Assembly (NCBI GenBank): GCA_002269645.1
Contig: NIVC01002102.1
Coordinates: 140,361 to 204,360, forward strand
DNA: 64,000 nucleotides
Reading direction: 5' to 3'
Origin: Macrostomum lignano
Lineage: Eukaryota
The stretch's first letter is position 1; every line of letters starts with the position of its first letter. Position numbers and translations under genes: made by a program. Positions 16,401-31,400 of the stretch are shown piece after piece. The notes below the pieces were generated by a model. That model had not been told where the DNA came from and made no database searches. It saw only the letters and a program-made list of their open reading frames with translations.

Positions 16401-19400
16401 GGCCTGTAGCGATACTCGGACAGAGTGTCCGGACTGGCCAATCCGGATGAAGGGAAGTTGGTATTCTGAGCTGGGCCGCACTGCTCAACCGTCACAGCTC
16501 TGGCCCGTTGCGATTCCACTGGCTTATCAATAACAATGGAACAGTCCTTGGCCGGCAGGTGCTCCTGCAGTTGCTGCAACTGCAGCTCGAATTTCTCCAA
16601 TTCTTTGGACAGATCGCCAACACTGCTGGATCGGCGGCGCTGCTTTGTCCGGCTGGCCGCGGCCACAGATTCTCGGACAGCTACGGCGAATGGAGGCACC
16701 GGAGTGGGCTGATGCTGGTGCTGCTGCTGTAGGCTGGTTAGCGAGCTGCATACAGTGTCCTGATAGCCGGAGTCCATGCTGCACTGGGTGACCCGGTTCT
16801 TCACCGAGCCCAGCTGTTGTTGTTGCTGAATTCTTTGCAGAGCCGGCTGCTGAAGTCGCTGCTGCTGCTGCTGGTGTGGCGGTTGCTGCTCCGATGTTGC
16901 AGCAATTCTGGAGCAGATTGAGATGCGGGTGATTCGTTGAATACTTCATTCTCTTGTGCAGAGCATCCCTTTAGTGTCTATATGATCATATCTAATATCT
17001 TACATATCCCATCTACCTTTTGTAGATACCTGTCTGCCCTATTTACTCCTACCTCTCCCATCCTTATCTACCTCTCCCCCATCCCTGTCTACCTCCCCAT
17101 CCCTATCTACCTCTCTCATCCCTTTCTAAATCTCCCCATCCTTATCTACCTCTCCCCATCCTTATCTACCTCTCCCCATCCTTATCTACCTCTCCCAATC
17201 CCTGTCTACCTCTCCCAATCCCTGTCTACCTCTCCCAATCCCTGTCTACCTCTCCCATCCCTATCTACCTCTCCCATCCCTATCTACCTCTCTCATCCCT
17301 ATCTACCTCTCTCATCCCTATCTACCTCTCACCATCCTTTATCTACCTCTCCCCATCCTCATCTACCTCTCCCCATCCTCATCTACCTCTCCCCATCCCT
17401 ATCTACCTCTCCCCATCCTCATCTACCTCTCCCCATCCCCGTCTAGCTCTCTCATCCCCGTCTACCCCTCTCATCTCTATCTACCTCTCCCCATCCTCAT
17501 CTACCTCTGCCATCTCTAACTACCTCTTCCATTTCTATCTAAATCTCTTATCCCTATCTACCTCTCTCATCCTATCTACCTCTTCCATTCCTATCTACCT
17601 CTCCCATCCCTATCTACCTCTCCCATCCCTATCTACCTCTCCCATCCCTATCTACCTCTCTCATCCCTATCTACCTCTCCCATCCCTATCTACCTCTCTC
17701 ATCCCTATCTACCTCTCTCATCCCTATCTACCTCTCTCATCCCCGTCTAGCTCTCTCATCCCCGTCTACCCCTCTCATCTCTATCTACCTCTCTCATCCC
17801 TATCTACCTCTCTCATCCCTATCTACCTCTCTCATCCCTATCTACCTCTCTCATCCCTATCTACCTCACTCATCCCTGTCTACCTCTCTCATCCCTATCC
17901 ACCTCTCTCATACCTGTCTATTTCTCTCATCCATATCTACCTCTCTCATCCCTATCTACCTCTCTCATCCCTGTCTACCCCAATCTCACCTGGCCGTCGA
18001 GGCGGCAGCTCCTAGCGACAACAGCGACGAGTTCTGACTGGCGCTGACAGACAAACATTGCTCATCTTGCGACGTCTGTGAAGAATTGATTGAGAAAATG
18101 AGAACAAAGTGAGAACTAGCCTAATCATGACAGATTACCGTAGGCTTCACTGCAGCATAAAAACGATAAAGAAATTGAACCGACCGCCGTATTATCAGCC
18201 GCCACGCTGCGCGGACTCGAGCCCGAACTCAACGAGTTGAACGATGACCCGATAGCGAAATCCACCGCCACGGAGGCCGCCGTGACGCCTTCGTTGACGT
18301 TCGCGCCGTCTGCAGATGCCGCCGCTGCCGCGTCTTCGGCCGCGAAGCAGAGGGCGTCTCGAACTTCTTGGATTTTCTTACTGATCTGCGCCATCTTGAG
18401 TCATAGCGGGTGAACAACGTTCAGGATAGGCATGATCTGTCCCACCTGTCCTCTCCCTGCATCCAATCTGTCCTCTCCCTGCATCCAATCTGTTCTCTCC
18501 CTGCATCCCACCTGTCCTCTCCCTGCATCCAATCTGTCCTCTCCCTGCATCCAATCTGTTCTCTCCCTGCATCCCACCTGTCCTCTCCCTGCATCCAATC
18601 TGTCCTCTCCCTGCATCCCACCTGTCCTCTCCCTGCATCCAATCTGTCCTCTCCCTGCATCCCACCTGTCCTCTCCCTGCATCCAATCTGTCCTCTCCCT
18701 GCATCCCACCTGTCCTCTCCCTGCATCCAATCTGTCCTCTCCCTGCATCCCACCTGTCCTCTCCCTGCATCCAATCTGTCCTCTCCCTGCATCCCACCTG
18801 TCCTCTCCCTGCATCCCACCTGTCCTATCCCTGCATCCCACCTGTCCTCTCCCTGCATCCCACCTGTCCTCTCCCTGCATCCAATCTGTCCTCTCCCTGC
18901 ATCCCAACTGTCCTATCCCTGCATCCCAACTGTCCTCTCCCTGCATCCCAACTGTCCTCTCCCTGCATCCCACCTGTCCTCTCCCTGCATCCCACCTGTC
19001 CTCTCCCTGCATCCCACCTGTCCTCTCCCTGCATCCCACCTGTCCTATCCCTGCATCTCACCTGTCCTCTCCCTGCATCCCAACTGTCCTCTCCCTGCAT
19101 CCCACCTGTCCTCTCCCTGCATCCCACCTGTCCTATCCCTGCATCCCACCTGTCCTCTCCCTGCATCCCACCTGTCCTATCCCTGCATCCCACCTGTCCT
19201 CTCCCTGCATCCCAACTGTCCTCTCCCTGCATCCAATCTGTCCTCTCCCTGCATCCCACCTGTTCTCTCCCTGCATCCCACCTGTTCTTTCCCTGCATCC
19301 CACCTGTCCTCTCCCTGCATCCAATCTGTCCTCTCCCTGCATCCCACCTGTCCTCTCCCTGCATCTCACCTGTCCTCTCCCTGCATCCCAACTGTCCTAT

Positions 19401-22400
19401 CCCTGCATCCCACCTGTCCTCTCCCTGCATCCCACCTGTCCTATCCCTGCATCCCACCTGTCCTCTCCCTGCATCCCAATAGTTTTCTCCCTGCTTCTTA
19501 CCTGTCCTCTCCCTGCATCCAATCTGTCCTCTCCCTGCATCCCACCTGTTCTCTCACTGCATCCCACCTGTTCTCTCCCTGCATCCCACCTGTTCTCTCC
19601 CTGCATCCCACCTGTCCTCTCCCTGCATCCAATCTGTCCTCTCCCTGCATCCCACCTGTCCTCTCCCTGCATCCAATCTGTCCTCTTCCTGCATCCCACC
19701 TGTCCTCTCCCTGCATCTTACCTGTCCTATCCCTGCATCTTACCTGTCCTATCCCTGCATCTCAATTTTCTTCTCCCTGCATCTCACATGTCCTCTCCCT
19801 ACATCCCAATTGTCTTCTCCCTGCATCCTACTTGTTCTCTCCCTGCATCCCAATTGTCCTCTCCCTGCATCTCACCTTTCCTCTCCCTGCATCCAAATTG
19901 TCCTCTCCCTACACCTCACCTTCCTCTCCCTGCATCCCACCTGTCCTCTCCCTGCATCAAATAACACCTGAAATGCCATACCCGCTCCTTAGCCAGCTGG
20001 CACTCGGCGATGCGTTTCTTTTTAAGCTGACGCGGCTGCCGCGACTCCTTGGCCTCGCGAAGCAGCCGCGTGCTGGCCTCGACTAGGGCTTTGTGCACGG
20101 CCAGCTCTTGTTGCAATTGCTCCAGCTAGTAATGAGAGAGGGTGTTGTCAGCTTGATAGAGGGTTGTAAGACTGGAAGGTCGGAGGTTCGATTCCCGACC
20201 CACTTGGAACAATTTGTGCCCTTGAGCAAGACACTCAACTCTGCATTGCTTCAGTTCACCCAGCTGTAAAATAGGTGCCAGCATTAGCGGGGGTGATTGA
20301 GGGTGTGTGGCGACCTCCCAGTCCTTGGACTGCTGCGGCTGCGGCTGTCGGTTGCACATCTGACCATTAGGGCAGGTGTAACCAGGTAGTGCCAGCAAGT
20401 AGGCATTCTGATCTCGGAGTTGAGCACTGACACAGAGACACACACCGACTCGCCTAGGGTATGTAAAAGCGTCCATAAGGACTTTATCCTCGTTAGGAAA
20501 ATGTGCACAATATTGTGCATTAAGGGGTTTATCTACCCAGCCGAAAATAAAATATTAAAACACAGTTCTCGCTAGTGGAAGCTAAACCCTGCTTCGCTAA
20601 TCCGATAGGAGAGGAGAGGAGATGAGAGGAGAGGAGAGGAAAGGAGAGAGAGGAGAGGGAGAGGAGAGGAGAGAGAGGAGAGAGAGGAGAGAAGGGGGAG
20701 AGATAGAAAGGAGAGGAGAGGAGAGAGGGAGAGGGGAGAGGAGGGGAGAGGAGAGGGAGAAAGGAGGGGAAGAGAAGAGAAGAGAAAACTTTATTCCCGT
20801 AAATGTGTCCTTAATCCAGATGAATGCCAGCATGTTGTTGCTCATCAGTCTGTACCTGAACGGGACGATAAAAGGTCACTAACCTGTTGCTGCAGTTGAG
20901 ATTCGGTCTCGCTGCATTGCTGCTGCTTGTCCTCGTGTTGGTTAGTTGCCACGGCAACCAAATACTGAGTTGGCAGGCATCTGGTATCCTCGGTATTGGG
21001 GTCGGCTGGCGAGTCGCCTCTGTTACCAATGGCGCCGCCGGAATCAACCAGAGAGGACTGGCTGTTGTTGGCCAGTGCCTGGTGCAATAGGTAGGTAGGC
21101 GATTCATTTCTATACAACTCTCAGATATCTGATAGACAGTGAAACAGGCACCGATAGACAAGACTGCGAGGCACCGAAAATTGCAATCTAGCTCGAAATT
21201 ATTCGGTAGACACAGGATCACGCTGAATCAGCCAATAAACAAGCATCTATGGACAACGTATTTAGACATCTGTAGACACCCAAATGAGACATCTACAGAC
21301 ACTCAAATAAGATATCTACAGACACCCAAATAAGATATCTACAGACACCCAAATAAGATATCTACAGACACCCAAAAAAGATATCTACAGACACCCAAAT
21401 AAGATATCTACAGACACTCAAATGAGACATCTACAGACACTCAAGCAAGACATCTACAGACACCCAAATAAGATATCTACAGACACTCAAATAAAATATC
21501 TACAGACACTCAAATAAGATATCTACAGACACTCAAATGAGACATCTACAGACACTCAAGCAAGACATCTACAGACACCCAAATAAGATATCTACAGACA
21601 CTCAAATAAGATATTTACAGACACCCAAATAAGATATCTACAGACACTCAAATGAGACATCTACAGACACTCAAGCAAGACATCTACAGACACCCAAATA
21701 AGACATCTGCAGACACTCAAATGAGATTATCTACAGACACCCAAATAAGACATCTACAGACACTCAAATGAGACATCTACAGACACCCAAATAAGATATC
21801 TACAGACACTCAAATAAGACATCTGCAGACACTCAAATGAGATTATCTACAGACACCCAAATAAGACATCTACAGACACCCAAATAAGAAATCTGCAGAC
21901 ACTCAAAAAAGAAATCTACAGACACCCAAATAAGAAATCTACAGACACCCAAATAAGAAATCTACAGACACCCAAATAAGATATCTACAGACACCCAAAA
22001 AAGATATCTACAGACACCCAAATAAGATATCTACAGACACTCAAATGAGACATCTACAGACACTCAAGCAAGACATCTACAGACACCCAAATAAGATATC
22101 TACAGACACTCAAATAAAATATCTACAGACACTCAAATAAGATATCTACAGACACTCAAATGAGACATCTACAGACACTCAAGCAAGACATCTACAGACA
22201 CCCAAATAAGATATCTACAGACACTCAAATAAGATATTTACAGACACTCAAATAAGATATTTACAGACACTCAAATAAGATATCTACAGACACTCAAATA
22301 AGATATTTACAGACACTCAAATAAGATATCTACAGACACTCAAATAAGATATTTACAGACACCCAAAAAAGATATCTACAGACACTCAAATAAGATATCT

Positions 22401-25400
22401 ACAGACACTCAAATAAGATATTTACAGACACTCAAATAAGATATCTACAGACACTCAAATAAGATATTTACAGACACTCAAATAAGATATCTACAGACAC
22501 TCAAATGAGACATCTACAGACACTCAAGCAAGACATCTACAGACACCCAAATAAGATATCTACAGACACTCAAATAAGATATTTACAGACACCCAAATAA
22601 GATATCTACAGACACTCAAATGAGACATCTACAGACACTCAAGCAAGACATCTACAGACACCCAAATAAGACATCTGCAGACACTCAAATGAGATTATCT
22701 ACAGACACCCAAATAAGACATCTACAGACACTCAAATGAGACATCTACAGACACCCAAATAAGATATCTACAGACACTCAAATAAGACATCTGCAGACAC
22801 TCAAATGAGATTATCTACAGACACCCAAATAAGAAATCTACAGACACCCAAATAAGAAATCTACAGACACCCAAATGAGACATCTACAGACACCCAAATA
22901 AGAAATCTACAGACACTCAAATAAGAAATCTACAGACACCCAAATAAGAAATCTACAGACACCCAATTAAGAAATCTACAGACACTCAAATAAGATATCT
23001 ACAGACACTCAAATGAGACATCTACAGACACTCAAATAAGATATCTACAGACACTCAAATAAGATATTTACAGACACTCAAATAAGATATTTACAGACAC
23101 TCAAATAAGATATTACAGACACTCAAATAAGATATTACAGACACTCAAATAAGATCTACAGACACTCAAATGAGACATCTACAGACACTCAAGCAAGACA
23201 TCTACAGACACCCAAATAAGATATTTACAGACACCCAAATAAGATATTTACAGACACTCAAATAAGATATTTACAGACACTCAAATAAGATATTTACAGA
23301 CACTCAAAAAGGATATTTACAGACACTCAAATAAGATATCTACAGACACTCAAATAAGATATTTACAGACACTCAAATAAGATATTTACAGACACTCAAA
23401 TAAGATATTTACAGACACTCAAATAAGATATCTACAGACACTCAAATAAGATATCTACAGACACTCAAATAAGAAATCTACAGACACTCAAATAAGATAT
23501 TTACAGACACTCAAATAAGATATCTACAGACACTCAAATAAGATATTTACAGACACTCAAATAAGATATTTACAGACACTCAAATAAGATATCTACAGAC
23601 ACTCAAATGAGACATCTACAGACACTCAAGCAAGACATCTACAGACACCCAAATAAGAAATCTACAGACACTCAAATAAGACATCTACAGACACTTAAAT
23701 GAGACATCTACAGACACCCAAATAAGAAATCTACAGACACTCAAATAAGACATCTACAGACACCCAAATAAGAAATCTACAGACACTCAAATAAGACATC
23801 TACAGATAGTTAACCACCCAGTTTAAGAGACAAACCTTCTCTTGCGCAATCAATCTAGCCAGTTCTTCTTCTCTATCAGCCTTCCGCGTTCTTAACTCTG
23901 CCAGGAGGCTGCGCAGCTCCCTGTACCGCTCCAGCAGCCGGCGCCGCTCGCCAGAACTCAACTTCCTCAAAGGCCGCAAAGTGTTGCCGCTGCTGCCGCC
24001 GCTGCCGATGGTCAGCTGGCACAGGTGTCTGGCGTGCTGCTGCTGGCGCAGATGCCTGGATGTAGCCGCTTTGATTGCCGCCGACTGTTGCAACAGATCC
24101 GACGATGTCGAAGAGCCGACGCTCTGCTGCGACAGCGAGCAACAGTCGTCGCTGGGGTCGGTCAGGATACTTGGCAACTGGGCTGGGAGCCGGTTCACAC
24201 TCTGCGAGCTGTTATCTGAAAGATTCGCAAAAGTCGCGCGGAGTAACTAAAAAGCTAATATCAATATTTTTACTACTAGTAGAGCATCGCGTACACCCTC
24301 GTTGTTTTTATTAGTTAGAATTTAAATGATTTTTGCTACATTTCTACTATCAGTAGTGTATCAAGTATATCAAATAAAAGCTCATTATTAATTTTATTCT
24401 CAACACTAATCACACAACAGTTAGGTCGCTAAATTAGTAGTTTAAAAAGGTCCCGGGTTCGATTCTGTAAAAATACACTCACAAGTCTATTTTCGAGTCT
24501 TATATTTAAGTACGCTAATTATGCGGTCAAGAAGCAGAATCAGTACTTTGGAGGTCCCGAGTTCGAATCTTAACAAATTTATTTACCCATTAATATATAT
24601 AGAGCTCTAATTTAATAGAGCTCATGAATAGGATACATTAGCAAGAATGGAGGTCCCGGGTTCGATTCGCAATAGCGAATCATACTCTCAATCGTTGATT
24701 TATTGTAGGCTGGAATGCGGCTGACTGGATTAACTGGAAAGCAGGAAACTTGAAGCGCAGTAGAAAACATTCTGACTGCACTGCACCCAACCTAAATCAC
24801 ACTGTATCAGACACTATATGCTTAGTGCATTAATACTAAAGTAATATGCTCGGGCACGCCAGAGGAAAATGAATCTAAGCAATTAACTTATGCGTAGAAC
24901 TTGCAGTGCCCCGCCAACACAAGCGCTTCCATAAATCTCCACTGTATAAGGGGCTTGTCCATAGTGCAAGTATTCTAATATAATTTCAGGTTAATAACAG
25001 GGAAATTCTCAGGTTAATAACAGGGAAATTCTCAGGCTAATAACAGGGAAATTCTCAGGCTAATAACAGGAAAAATTCTCAGGTTAAAAACAGGGAAATT
25101 CTCAGGTCAATAACAGTGTGACTCTCAGGTTAACAGGCGGCAAACAGGTTACAGAAGCACTTATTCTTACACAGAGCCGGATGCTGCGATGTTTTCAGAT
25201 CGCGCAGACTTCTACCGCCCGCGCTGCTACTACCTGAATGAAAGGTGGCGGTTGCTAAGGCGTTGTCAGGCGGCGTAACCACAACAGGCAGCTCAATGTT
25301 GGAGGGACTCGCTGTTGAAGTGGCGTCAGTGGCTGACGCCAGAGACACCTGGGAGAATAGCAAATGTGTAACTGACTGAAGTTATGGCCATAGAATAAAG

Positions 25401-28400
25401 TACTATAAGCAACATTCGGTCTAACTAATACGGTTTAGGCTTAAATATTTGTGGTAGAAAATTACCAATATTGAGCGACTGATCAGATTTAACACATTCA
25501 TTATGTGGCTACTCTATTCTTATAGACTAGGAATAGAATAGATAGCACAGGAATAGAATGGATAGACTATGAATAGAATGGATAGCTAATCTAGCCAACA
25601 AAGAAGTCAGAGAACTTTATCCAGACTCACAAGGTTGTACGATCCGTGTCGTTTTTTCACGATTCTGATGTGCATTTTAGCAATATTTTTAGCTAGAGGA
25701 AATATAAGCAGAAAAATATGCTACCATGGAATAATATACACCTACGGGTTGATATGCCAGAATTGCTTCCCGTATGGAACCAGGTAAAAAAGTAGTTAGA
25801 ATTTGCGCAGTCAACTTATATATACATATATACTGTAGAATTTTCTGGCTCCTTCTCTTTCAGATTTCATGCCTCCATAGTTTCAGTCAATCAACACCTC
25901 TCGTCGCCCTTGCTCCAAGTTTTCTACCCTCTTTCGATAAGCACGTTGGGCTAAACTTAGTGAGCTTGCTTAATTAGCAGTCTTTAAGCATCTCTTTTTA
26001 ATGCCTATTGGCGACGTTTTCTACCTTTTAGTGATAACAATAAACAGTGTACAACGCCGACACACGCAACTAAGCAAGAAAATTTCTAATTTGTCCGAAA
26101 TAGTTTTGTACATAGGACAGTTGTGTTTCAAGGCGGTACAAGGTCGATTGTGTCTCAAGGCGGTACAAGGTTGATTGTGTATCAAGGCGGTACAAGGTTG
26201 ATTGTGTATCAAGGCGGTACAAGGTTGATTGTGTATCAAGGCGGTACAAGGTCGATTGCGTCTCAAGGCGGTAAAGGGTAGATTGTGTCTCAAAGCGGTA
26301 AAGGTCAATTGTGTCTCAAGGCGGTAAAAGGTCAATTGTGTCTCAAAGCGGTAAAAAGTCAATTGTGTCTCAAGGCGGTACAAGGTCGATTGTGTCTCAA
26401 GGCGGTAAAAGGTCAATTGTGTCTCAAGGCGGTAAAAGGTCAATTGCGTCTCAAAGCGGTAAAAGGTCAATTGTGTCACAAGGCGGTAAAAGGTCAATTG
26501 TGTCTCAAGGCGGTACAAGGTCAATTGTGTCTCAAGGCGGTAAAAGGTCAATTGCGTCTCAAGGCGGTACAAGGTCAATTGTGTCTCAAGGCGGTAAAAG
26601 GTCAATTGTGTCTCAAGGCGGTAAAAGGTCAATTGTGTCTCAAGGCGGTACAAGGTCAATTGTGTCTCAAGGCGGTACAAGGTCAATTGTGTCTCAAGGC
26701 GGTAAAAGGTCGATTGTTTCTCAAGGCGGTACAAGGTCGATTGTTTCTCAATGTGGTACAAGGTCGATTGTTTCTCAAGGCGGTACAAGGTCGATTGTTT
26801 CTCAAGGCGGTACAAGGTCGATTGTTTCTCAAGGTGGTACAAGGTCGATTGTTTCTCAAGGTGGTACAAGGTCGATTGTTTCTCAAGGTGGTACAAGGTC
26901 GATTGTGTCTCAAGGTGGTACAAGGTCGATTGTGTCTCAAGGTGGTACAAGGTCGATTGTGTCTCAAGGTGGTACAAGGTCGATTGTGTCTCAAGGTGGT
27001 ACAAGGTCGATTGTGTCCCAAGGTGGTACAAGGTCGATTGTGTCTCAAGGTGGTACAAGGTCAATTGTGTCCCAAGGTGGTAAAAGCTCGATTGTGTTTC
27101 AAGGCAGTACAAGGTCGATAGTACGTCGAGGCGGTAAAAAGTCGAGTTTAAAGCTCTCTCTTTTAGTCTCTCCGATAAGCACGTTCTTCCGATTCTAATT
27201 AGCAACTTAAAAATCTAAACGTGCGTTCCATCATGTAGGGCTATCCATGTTGCAGTTATGCAATACTCGCAATAAATAATTAACAGCTCGGCAACAAGCC
27301 TTCTAGACGTATTGTAGAAGATAAATAAGTTGGACCAGGGCTGCTTGGGACAGCGCAAAATAAGTCGAGGAAAAGGATTAAAAGTGCATTCGTTGCACCA
27401 ACTTCACAGAGGCATGAAAAGGGTGGCAGGCAGGAAGAAGGAAAGAGAATAATAACAGAATATTGACTGGAACTGTAGCGGTGATGAGTCATGCAGTCAT
27501 TACTTATTGGTTGAAAATACATTTAGGCTCTGCACGGGCTGGGCACGAGAGGGAATGCTAGCGCAGCGCTTGGCCGATATCAGACACCAAGGACTTTCAA
27601 GGCCTAGCTTCTGGATTGGAACCAGACAATACAATTATTCAGTCTAGAAATATAATAGCACAAATTAAGTGGCGATTCTCATGACCGTTAAGTGGCGATT
27701 CTCATGACCGTTAAGTGGCGATTCTCATGACCGTTAAGTGACGATTCTCATGACCGTTAAGTGGCGATTCTCATGATTGTTAAGTGGCGATTTTCATGAC
27801 CGTTAAGTGGCGATTCTCATGACCGTTAAGTGGCGATTCTCATGACCGTTAAGTGGCGATTCTCATGACCGTTAAGTGGCGATTCTCATGACCGTTAAAT
27901 GACGATTCTCATGGTCGTTAAGTGGCGATTCTCATGACCGTTAAGTGGCGATTCTCATGACCGTTAAGTGGCGATTTTCATGACCGTTAAGTGGCGATTC
28001 TCATGACCGTTAAGTGGCGATTTTCATGACCGTTAAGTGGCGATTCTTATAACCATTAAGTGGCGATTCTCATGGTCTTTAAGTGGCCATTCTCATGGCC
28101 CTAAGTAGCGTTTCTCATGACCTCTCATGACGGTTTCATCTCGGGGCGATTAAATGGCAATTCTCAGGGCCATCTAGTAGCGATTATCAATGCAGTAAAG
28201 TGGCTATCAATAAGGTGGTAAAGTGACGATTCTTTTTCACGCCAAGGAGTCAATAAGATTTGACAAGCCATTTGTCGTGGCGATCAAGTGACGAACCTTA
28301 GTCCGATTATCTCAGGCTGATTAACAGGCAATTGCCAAGGCCGTTATATCCATCATCTGGACTGGCAACTAAGCAGAGAAACTTATTTGTTCGATTCAGC

Positions 28401-31400
28401 TCTATCGAGAGGGGGTTGCCTGTGTGCGCACGAGAGCGCTGAACTTGGGGGGCAGGCGGGTCAAAGCTAGGCTATGCATGCTAACTAGAATCCCAGGGAA
28501 GCCATTAGTCACCTAGTACAGAAATAAAATCCTTATACTGTAGCTACAATAAAACACTGGGAAGAAGCCGCCGCGCTATCCAGGTCCCAGATTACGAAAT
28601 GGAGATGGGAAAAGAAGGAGTTAAGCGCAATCCATCCGTATCCCATGGGATATCCGATATCTATCGCTATATGTATAGAAAAACTTAGTTCATTTATACC
28701 ATAGGGATCTCAATGGGTCAGGAAAGGTCAAAATAGGTCTGTTAGATAAAAAACTCTCAAACTGGCATATTTTATTATATGTATCTGACTCGCGTGTCCT
28801 TGTTAAGACTTGGAACAAAGAAAGGCAGCTCTAAGCCCCTAAGCTTTGTTAACTCTGTAAATATAAAATTTTTCGCTAACAAATAATAAGCATGAGTGAA
28901 TTGTTCCCTCATTCAGAAGAATTCCCCTATCTGAATAATTCCTTAATCCAGAAGAATTCCCTGTCTGAATAATTCCCTCCGGATGAATTCCCCGCCTGAA
29001 AAATTCCCTCATCCAGAAGAATTCCCCGGCCTGAAAAATTCTCTAATCTTTAAAAATCAATCATTATAACTCTTACCCTGTCCTCGCTGGCCCGCCGCCC
29101 GGCGCTGCCGCAGCCTTTTACTGACTCGGCATAGAAATCCACAGACTGGTCATCGAATTTAATCAGAAACTCGTGCTGCGAGGTGGCGAAATCGAATATT
29201 CGCCGGGCAGTCTGGGCCGAGTCGGCGAACCAGCAGCGCGAAGCGATCCGGTCGCCTTTGCCGAAACTCCAACGGCTCAGGGGGGCTCTGCGGGGGCGGA
29301 TCAAGGGGCGATCGATGCACGGCGATTGAAAGGCCGGCCTGTAGTGCCCTTGATGAGGGGACACTACCTTAGCTACTACTAGTACAGGGCCCTTGATGAG
29401 GGGACACTACCTCAGCTACTACTAGTACAGGGCCCTTGATGAGGGGACACTACCTCAGCTACTACTAGTACAGGGCCCTTGATGAGGGGACACTACCTTA
29501 GCTACTACTAGTACAGGGCCCTTGATGAGGGGACACTACCTCAGCTACTACTAGTACAGGGCCCTTGATGAGGGGACACTACCTCAGCTACTACTAGTAC
29601 AGGGCCCTTGATGAGGGGACACTACCTCAGCTACTACTAGTACAGGGCCCTTGATGAGGGGACACTACCTCAGCTACTACTAGTACAGGGACCTGGATGA
29701 GGGGACACTACCCCAGCTACTACTAGTACAGGGACCTGGATGAGGGGACACTACCTCAGCTACTACTAGTACAGGGCCCTGGATGAGGGGACACTACCTC
29801 AGCTACTACTAGTACAGGGCCCTGGATGAGGGGACACTACCCCAGCTACTACTAGTACAGGGACCTGGATGAGGGGACACTACCTCAGCTACTACTAGTA
29901 CAGGGCCCTGGATGAGGGGACACTACCTCAGCTACTACTAGTACAGGGCCCTGGATTAATTCTTAAAAGCCACTCAATAAGATTTTGCTAGAAATACAAG
30001 CACGCGCTTAAAAAAGCCAATATTGAAGAGTCTATTATTACGACTCTGTGCGCATAAACTACCCCAATTTTCTACTTAAAAGTAGTAAAATTGACATTTA
30101 AGCAATGGCTGAAATTTGCTAAAAGCATATCATGAATAACGATTAACTAGCAAACGCGGATAGCATAAAATTGTACAGAAGTATAATTTGCAAGTAGCGC
30201 ACAGTTCAGAATAAGTTTTAGCATAATTATTATCATGATCAGCAGTTAATGCGTGCCTCCGAGGTTGGGAGGGGGGGTCGTGCTAACACACACAGTTTTA
30301 TTGATAGCATTGAAACAGAGTGAAAGGCGAGAGAGAAAGAGATAGATAGATAGAAAGACAAGGCCGGGGTGTAAAAGCAGCAATTTGCTTGGCTTAACGG
30401 CAAAGGTTTAACAGGCAACCCGGTTATATAGTAGGCTATATCTAAAATGATAGAAAATGGAAGCTACAGAATAAAAGCCAAGAAGAAGCTACTAAAAGCA
30501 AAAGCAAGATGCTACAGAGATAGTCCAGAATCCGAAGCAGGCTTATAGCAAGATATATAAACTAAGAACAGTTTGGTCATATGGTGTCAACCTCTGCAGT
30601 TCACTAGCAGTGTTGCTGCTCGGGGGAGGAAGGCAGGGATGCAGGCACTGATGGTAATCAACAGGAAAGCCCGAGTACAAAGCCCGTGCTGTTAAAATTT
30701 CTTCAAGTCCAAAAAGCAATTAACTAGCATGGCTTAAGCCTTAGTAGAACAGTCTTGATAACTTTTGGCTTGAAAATAATTTCAATTAATCCACTCTTAG
30801 AAAGTCTGATTGACTCCCCTGAGCAGGCACACACTCAGACAGGAGTGTACAGCGGCCCTAACTTTATTTATCGTTAGGCATGTACACTTCACTGTGCCGT
30901 TAATTGCACGAGCAGAGCCAAGCCGAGATTCCAATTTAGCCCCAAATTAATGCGACTGCACTTGGAATCGAGTCTGGGCCGCTGGCACACCAGAGCGCCG
31001 CGTTAGACCACTGGGCTACGGCCCTCCCCATGGGATGGATTATAGAATGAGGATTAAGACTCAGAATTAGATTGGGATTGAGATTAAGATCAATAATGGG
31101 ATCGTGATTTGGGATCAATATTTTGGATCAAGAATGGGATCAGGATTTGGGATCAAGATTGGGTATGGAGATGGGATCAGGATTGTGATCAAAAATGGGA
31201 TCAGGATTGGGGATTAAGAATGAGATCGGGATTAGCTACAAGAATGGGATCAGGGTTAGAGATTAAGAATGGGATTAGGATTTGGATCAAGAATGGGATC
31301 AGGATTGGGGATTCATAATGGGATCGGGATTGGGCTTGACTTAGCTGCAGGGCTGTCCCGGGGGGATTGGGATTGGGATCAGAATGGGGATGGAGAATGG

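Noticed and set aside
18131-18140. Strong donor G|gtaatc for the FRMD4-like exon
   Set aside because: Phase 1 would put a stop (TGA) in the next exon; the weaker phase-0 donor at 18184 was used.
18378-20086. Cys/Pro/His-rich 500-aa ORFs
   Set aside because: Frames of the 22-bp intronic array.
26021-27205. Repetitive 280-390-aa ORFs on both strands
   Set aside because: Frames of the 27-bp array; no domain or splice evidence.
29345-29955. Hammerhead ribozyme/retrozyme or C/D snoRNA array (TGATGAG in each unit)
   Set aside because: No CUGANGA plus GAAA core and no D box (CTGA) on that strand.
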